64,000 nt of DNA from the NCBI GenBank assembly GCA_963782055.1, contig CAWAIF010000003.1:192001-256000 (forward strand), given 5' to 3'. Positions 59,058 to 64,000 of this stretch are shown one piece after another. The stretch is from an uncultured delta proteobacterium (GTDB lineage Bacteria; Myxococcota_A; Polyangia; Polyangiales; Polyangiaceae). Position 1 is the stretch's first letter. Every line of letters begins with the position of its first letter. A program made the position numbers and the translations under genes. The notes beneath the pieces are model-generated. The model searched no databases. It saw only the letters and a list, made by a program, of their open reading frames with translations, and had not been told where the DNA came from.

Positions 59058-59723
59058 TCACGGGACGAACGCCGGGTCCTCGAGCAGCGCCGTCGTGAAG
59101 GCGGTGCGCAGGTAGAAGCCGCGGGGCACCGTCGCCACGATCTCCCCGTCCGGTCCGGGCGCCGCCGTGCGCACGCTTCCGGTCGCCGCCTTCGGGCGGA
59201 GCTGCATGTACCGCCCGAGGCGCGCCGAGACGCCCTCGATGCCGCCGATGCCGATCTGGCCCATGATCTCGTCGAAGTCGTCGGCGAGCGCGCGGTCCTG
59301 GGCGGCCGTCGGCGACCAGAGCACCGCGCGTCCGATCGTGCGCCCGCCGCCCGGCTCGTCGCGCACCGGGACCCAGAGCACGCGGGCGAGCTTGCCGCGC
59401 GCCCACGACGACTCCCAGGTGGCGCGGTCGGCGTCCATGAGCGAGACCGCGCACACGAAGGTGGTCTCGCGGATGCGCCCGCGCTCGTCGACCGGCACCG
59501 TCTTCAGCTCCACGCGCAGGTCGGGGAAGTCCCACGTGGCGCCGGGGCCGCCGGAGGCGCCGAGGGCGCGCTCGAGCAGCTCGCCCACCTTGCCCTTCGT
59601 GCGCACGCTCTCCCCGGCGAGGCGAAAGGCGAGGCGCCGCGCCAGATCGGCGATGCGCGTGCCCTCGAGGTCGCGCGCGCGCCGCGTCAACTCGTCTTCG
59701 GTCGCCGGGGGGGCCGCGCGCAT
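59058..59723 (-). CDS. mutH: MutH/Sau3AI-family GATC endonuclease
   Basis: KG.VG.LLE..LGA, DF..L.VELKTVP, ETTFVC, LQ/MQ.RPKAA, PRGFYLR, recognisably like E. coli MutH along the whole length. Confidence 0.88.
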   Translation of the reverse strand: MRAAPPATEDELTRRARDLEGTRIADLARRLAFRLAGESVRTKGKVGELLERALGASGGPGATWDFPDLRVELKTVPVDERGRIRETTFVCAVSLMDADRATWESSWARGKLARVLWVPVRDEPGGGRTIGRAVLWSPTAAQDRALADDFDEIMGQIGIGGIEGVSARLGRYMQLRPKAATGSVRTAAPGPDGEIVATVPRGFYLRTAFTTALLEDPAFVP

Positions 59724-59747
59724 CGAGGGGATGCTATCGTGTCATCG

Positions 59748-60293
59748 ATGTTCCGGCGCGTCGCGGTCACGGCTTTCTTCCTCTCCGGCGCGGTCGCGCT
59801 CGGTGTCGCGTACGCCGGCCCCGCGCACGCCCCGCCGCGCGGGGCGAACACCGTGGACGCCGGGCCCGCGAAGCCCGCGCCGCCGGAGCCGGACCCGCCG
59901 CCGCTCGTCTCCCGCGCGCAGTGGATCTTCGACCTGCGCTGGAGCCGCGGCGAGGTGTACCTGCTCGCGGTGCACAAGGTCGAGCTGCCGGCGCCGCAGG
60001 CCACGCCGCGCGCCATCGGCCGCTTCGCGCTCGAGCTCCACGAGGGCAAGACGCTGGTGGAGCGGGTGCGCTTCGACTTCCCCATGCTCGGTGGCGTGCC
60101 GGAGTCCGACGCCGGTCCGTCCCTCACGCGCTTCTTGACGACGCGCATCGGCGTGATGTTCCCCGTCACCCGGCGCGGCACGCGGCTGGAGCTGGTGGAC
60201 CGGTCGACGGGGCAGCGGTGGAACATGCCGTGGCCGCCGCACGAGACGGCCCAGCGGGGCGACGCCGGGCTCGCTGCGGCGAAGGGAGGTTGA
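59748..60293 (+). CDS. Hypothetical secreted protein
   Basis: Signal peptide, GRFALEL...RFDFP; ends 1 nt before the next gene. Confidence 0.65.
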   Translation: MFRRVAVTAFFLSGAVALGVAYAGPAHAPPRGANTVDAGPAKPAPPEPDPPPLVSRAQWIFDLRWSRGEVYLLAVHKVELPAPQATPRAIGRFALELHEGKTLVERVRFDFPMLGGVPESDAGPSLTRFLTTRIGVMFPVTRRGTRLELVDRSTGQRWNMPWPPHETAQRGDAGLAAAKGG

Positions 60294-60294
60294 A

Positions 60295-62937
60295 GTGCGC
60301 ACACCCGGATGGCTCGCCCTCGTCGCCCTCACGCCTGTCGTCGCCGCCGCGTGCTCGTCGTCCGACCAGCCGCCCGCGCCGCTGCCTTCGCCGGACGACT
60401 TCATGGACATCCTGCATGACGACGAGCCGTGCGCGCTGGCGTGCGACCCGACGTGCCAGGAAGCGACGAAGGTGTGGAAGTGCCAGGCCCTCGCCGACTG
60501 GAACTCCATCCCGCACGACCCGGCGTGCGGCGACTTCGACGGGAAGACGTTCCCCGCCCCGGTCGCGGGGAAGTGCGTCGCCACCGACCCGACGGGCGAA
60601 GCCCTCGCCAAGGCGCAGATCGTCCAGAAGCCGCTGGTGCTCCCCGACGGGCGGCGCCTCGCCGCCGCGGGCAACGAGCTGGTCTTCTCGCAGGACGGCG
60701 GCTTCCCGTCGTCGGAGCTGCCCATCCCCGGCACGCAGTGGATCGCCGTCAGCGACTACGGCTACGACACGCAGTCGCTCCGCGTCATCGACGCGGCGGC
60801 GCTCAAGAGCGGCACCGGCAACGCGGAGACGACGCGCGTCAAGTTCACGCGACCCGCGTCCCTCAACTACGGCCTCGCCTACCTCGCCGCGCAGAAGGTG
60901 CTGCTCGCCTCCAGCGGGAGCGACGCGTCGAAGGTGCTCGCCTACGACCTGGACGAGGCGACCGGCGCGCTCACGGCGGACGCGGCGAAGGACATCGCCC
61001 TGCCGAAGGGGACGATGCCCTCGGCGATCGACGTCTCCCCCGACGGCAAGACGCTGCTCGTCGGCCAGTCGCAGGACACCAAGGTGCTCGTCTACAGCGT
61101 GGACACCGGCACCTACGGGACGCAGCTCGGCTCCATCGACGTGGGCGCGAAGGACCTCTTCGCCCTGCACTTCGACCCCTTCGACCCGAACGGGCACACC
61201 GCATACGCCACGCTCTGGACGTCCTCGCCCTCCTTCGACGACACGTCGAAGATGAAGCTGGTGCAGCTCGACGCCTCGGCGATGACCGCGTCGATCATCC
61301 TGGTCGGCAAGTCGCCGGAGGAGATGGTCTTCCTCGACGCGCGCTGGATGGTGGTGGCCAACGCCCTCTCCGACACCCTCTCGCTGGTGGACCGGCCCGC
61401 CGCCAAGGTCGCGGCGGAGGTGCAGGTCTCGCAGAGCCACGGCCCCAGCCCCACGACGCTCGCCTACGACCCCGCGAACAAGCGGCTCTACGCGACCCTC
61501 GCCGCGGAGAACGCCGTGGAGGTCTTCGACGTCGACACCAGCGCGCCGTCCATCACCCCCGCGGGCTCCTTCCCCACCGGCTGGTGGCCCACCGCCGTCA
61601 GCGTCGATCCGAACGACGGCACCGTCTTCGTGCTGACCGGCCGCGGCCACGGGATCGGCCTGGACCCGCAGCACTGGGACGTGGGCGTCGCCGACGAGGC
61701 CAAGCGCATGGCGGGCAGCATCGCCGCCGTCCCCTTCATGGACTCCGCGGCGCTGGCCACCTCGACCACCACGGTCACGCAGCAGAACGACGTCTCGCAG
61801 GTCGCCGGCTACCCCACGGTGCAGTGCAACGGCGCGCCCTACGACTTCCCGGTGCCGCAGAAGCCCGAAGACGGCCCGAGCACCAAGATCAAGCACGTCT
61901 TCTTGATCATCCGGGAGAACAAGACCTTCGACGGCATCATGGGCGATCGCCCCGGCGTCGACGGCCAGGCGGACGTGGTGCTCGCGCCCGGCAACATGGA
62001 CAAGATCTGGCCGGACACCTTCGCCATCGCGAAGCAGTTCGCCCAGATGGACAACTATTACATCGACGCGGAGCAGTCGATTCAGGGCCACGTGTGGACG
62101 GTCTTCGGCCGCTCTACCGACTACACCGAGCGCCGGTGGCTGACCATCTGGGGACGCAGCGAGTTCGGCGTCATCAACTACAGCCCCGGCGTCGGCGACG
62201 ACACCACGCCCGCCGAGGGAAATCTCTTTCAGTTCCTGCTCGGGCAGAACGTGACGGTCGACAACCAGGGCGAGTTCGTGGGCGGCCTCGCGGTGCGCGA
62301 CCTGAAGTGGCCCGGCGGGTCCGCCCCCTCTCAGGTGCCCGACACCTACGCCGCCTGCTACGAGGCCGGGCGATTGCGTGTACTCTGCAATCCAAAGGAC
62401 TTCACCTACTCCTGGATGGGCAACGACCACACCTACGGCACCGAGCCGGGCAAGCCCAACCCCGCGCTGATGATCGCGGTCAACGACGAGGCGACGGGGA
62501 TGTACCTGGACGCCCTGAGCCACTCGCCCTTCTGGCCGGACAGCCTGGTCATCGTCACCGAGGACGACCCCTCGCAGGGCGGCGATCACGTGGACGTGCA
62601 CCGCACCATCGCCGAGTTCGCCTCGCCCTGGATCAAGCGCGGGTACGTGAGCCACGCGCACTACGACATCTCCTCCATCCACAAGCTCATCTCGCTCGTC
62701 TACGGCAAGCCCTACCGCGACTCGACGATCGCCGACGCGGCGATCCCCTACGACATCTTCACCTCCACGCCCGACTACACGCCCTTCACCTACGTGCCGC
62801 GGCAGTGGGACGACCTCTCGTGCAACCCCGGCAGCGCGAACGGGCAGAGCGGCGGGAAGTGGGACTTCTCCGAGCCGGATGATCAGCCGGGCCTGGGCGA
62901 GGACGTGTCGAAGGCGCTGCACGCGCTGCCGAGGTAG
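60295..62937 (+). CDS. YncE-like beta-propeller / phosphoesterase (alkaline phosphatase superfamily) lipoprotein
   Basis: Propeller with PTGWWP; IKHVFLIIRENKTFD, GH, NDHT, EDD...DHVD.HR. Confidence 0.88.
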   Translation: MRTPGWLALVALTPVVAAACSSSDQPPAPLPSPDDFMDILHDDEPCALACDPTCQEATKVWKCQALADWNSIPHDPACGDFDGKTFPAPVAGKCVATDPTGEALAKAQIVQKPLVLPDGRRLAAAGNELVFSQDGGFPSSELPIPGTQWIAVSDYGYDTQSLRVIDAAALKSGTGNAETTRVKFTRPASLNYGLAYLAAQKVLLASSGSDASKVLAYDLDEATGALTADAAKDIALPKGTMPSAIDVSPDGKTLLVGQSQDTKVLVYSVDTGTYGTQLGSIDVGAKDLFALHFDPFDPNGHTAYATLWTSSPSFDDTSKMKLVQLDASAMTASIILVGKSPEEMVFLDARWMVVANALSDTLSLVDRPAAKVAAEVQVSQSHGPSPTTLAYDPANKRLYATLAAENAVEVFDVDTSAPSITPAGSFPTGWWPTAVSVDPNDGTVFVLTGRGHGIGLDPQHWDVGVADEAKRMAGSIAAVPFMDSAALATSTTTVTQQNDVSQVAGYPTVQCNGAPYDFPVPQKPEDGPSTKIKHVFLIIRENKTFDGIMGDRPGVDGQADVVLAPGNMDKIWPDTFAIAKQFAQMDNYYIDAEQSIQGHVWTVFGRSTDYTERRWLTIWGRSEFGVINYSPGVGDDTTPAEGNLFQFLLGQNVTVDNQGEFVGGLAVRDLKWPGGSAPSQVPDTYAACYEAGRLRVLCNPKDFTYSWMGNDHTYGTEPGKPNPALMIAVNDEATGMYLDALSHSPFWPDSLVIVTEDDPSQGGDHVDVHRTIAEFASPWIKRGYVSHAHYDISSIHKLISLVYGKPYRDSTIADAAIPYDIFTSTPDYTPFTYVPRQWDDLSCNPGSANGQSGGKWDFSEPDDQPGLGEDVSKALHALPR

Positions 62938-63074
62938 CGGGACGCGAGGGTCGTCTCGCGCTCGTTCGCGGGCCTTCGCGAGCCGTCGCGAGGTGGATCG
63001 CGCGATCCGCCACGAGAACGCAGGGTGGCGTCGGGCGGGCCTGCGGCACGGCGCTCGCTAGGGGAGGGGTTGCC

Positions 63075-64000
63075 ATGAAGCTCCTTCGCCTCGCCCTCGC
63101 CGCCCCGATCCTCGCCCTGGCCGCCGCCTGCTCGAGCGCCCCGCCGGAGGACGTGGAGCAGAGCTTCGACCCGCTCACCGTCGTCTGCGGCGCCAAGACC
63201 AACGGCCCGGTGCAGGGCGTCGACGTCTCCACCTACCAGGGCAACTTCAACTGGACCTCCGCCAAGGCCAGCGGTGTCGCCTTCGGCTACGCGCGCGTCA
63301 GCGATGGGCTCAACTACATCGACAACCAGTTCTCCAACAACTGGAGCCACATGAAGTCCGCCGGCGTGCTGCGCGGCGCGTACATGTTCTTCGAGCCGGG
63401 GCAGGACCCGACCGCGCAGGCCAACCTGATGGTGCAGAAGGTGGGCAAGCTGGGCGGCGGCGACCTGCCGGCGATGATCGACGTGGAGACGACAGGCGGG
63501 CAGTCGCCCGCGACGATCGCGGCGCACGTGAAGACGTGGCTCGACGTGGTGGAGAAGGGCACCGGCCGCAGGCCGCTCATCTACTCCGGGTCGTACTTCT
63601 GGGCCGACAACGTGAAGTCGACGGCGTTCGGCAGCTACGGGTTCTGGATCGCGGCGTACGGAGTGTCCTGCCCGATGCTGCCGCCCGGCTGGTCCAAGTG
63701 GCAGATCTGGCAGTACAGCGACGGCAACGGGTCGCTCGACCACGACGTGTTCAACGGCACGCTGGCGGAGCTCAAGGCGCTGGCGCAGCCGCCCGACGCG
63801 GCGCCGCGTGGCTACCTCGACACCGCCGACTGCACGCAGGTCGCCGGATGGTCGCAGGACACCGACACGCCCACGCAGGCGGTGAACGTCGACCTGTACT
63901 TCGGCGGGGCGGCGGGCTCCGGCGCGCCCGGGCTGCGCACGCTCGCCAACCAGAACCGCAAGGACCTGTGCAAGGCGATCGGCTCGTGCGAGCACGGCTT
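63075..64000 (+). CDS. GH25 muramidase (lysozyme) lipoprotein, runs off the window end
   Basis: Absent from the ORF track (no stop); translated by hand: AAAC lipobox, GVDVSTYQG, RGAY, DVE, IWQYS, DHDVFNG. Confidence 0.88.
   Translation, partial: MKLLRLALAAPILALAAACSSAPPEDVEQSFDPLTVVCGAKTNGPVQGVDVSTYQGNFNWTSAKASGVAFGYARVSDGLNYIDNQFSNNWSHMKSAGVLRGAYMFFEPGQDPTAQANLMVQKVGKLGGGDLPAMIDVETTGGQSPATIAAHVKTWLDVVEKGTGRRPLIYSGSYFWADNVKSTAFGSYGFWIAAYGVSCPMLPPGWSKWQIWQYSDGNGSLDHDVFNGTLAELKALAQPPDAAPRGYLDTADCTQVAGWSQDTDTPTQAVNVDLYFGGAAGSGAPGLRTLANQNRKDLCKAIGSCEHG

Noticed and set aside
34268..59723. MTase and MutH as a cognate restriction-modification pair
   Set aside because: About 24 kb apart in unrelated operons; the protein is MutH-sized, not a two-domain Sau3AI; MTase specificity is unknown
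63044..63059. Sigma54-like CGGCACGGCGCTCGCT before the GH25 gene (and TGGCACGAGGAATGAA at 13672-13687)
   Set aside because: The first would start transcription past the SD; the second has a non-consensus -12; GG-N10-GC is common at this GC content

Overview
High-GC chromosomal region that looks like a Myxococcota (Polyangiaceae/Labilithrix-like) genome; this is inferred from gene content: a TIGR02266/PilZ protein, an eSTK, a TonB-domain-fused receptor and Cys-rich lipoproteins with acidic DAG/DSG linkers. It holds about 55 densely packed CDSs and a tRNA-Gln(TTG). I saw no integrase, transposase or CRISPR. Most of the long ORFs in the track are GC-shadow frames. Highlights: (1) a NikR locus with two matching GTAGCACG-N12-CGTGCTAC operators, one before a TonB-dependent receptor plus lipoprotein and one before a TonB protein (putative nickel uptake); (2) a candidate ~90-nt minus-strand sRNA at 14450-14543 with its own promoter-like element, hairpin and intrinsic terminator; (3) a full-length MutH homologue and an orphan amino-MTase, while the three otherwise-intact genes that appear broken are all broken at restorable GATC sites, suggesting modified GATC and base-calling errors; (4) frequent TANNNT boxes 5-8 nt before start codons, suggesting leaderless mRNAs; (5) a TetR-controlled LolA-like/MacB-type ABC system with its operator, a DnaA-box-like cluster, a transaldolase-EF-hand fusion, an RPH-like PEP-utilising enzyme and small gene remnants. 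All annotations come from reading motifs; no database searches were run.
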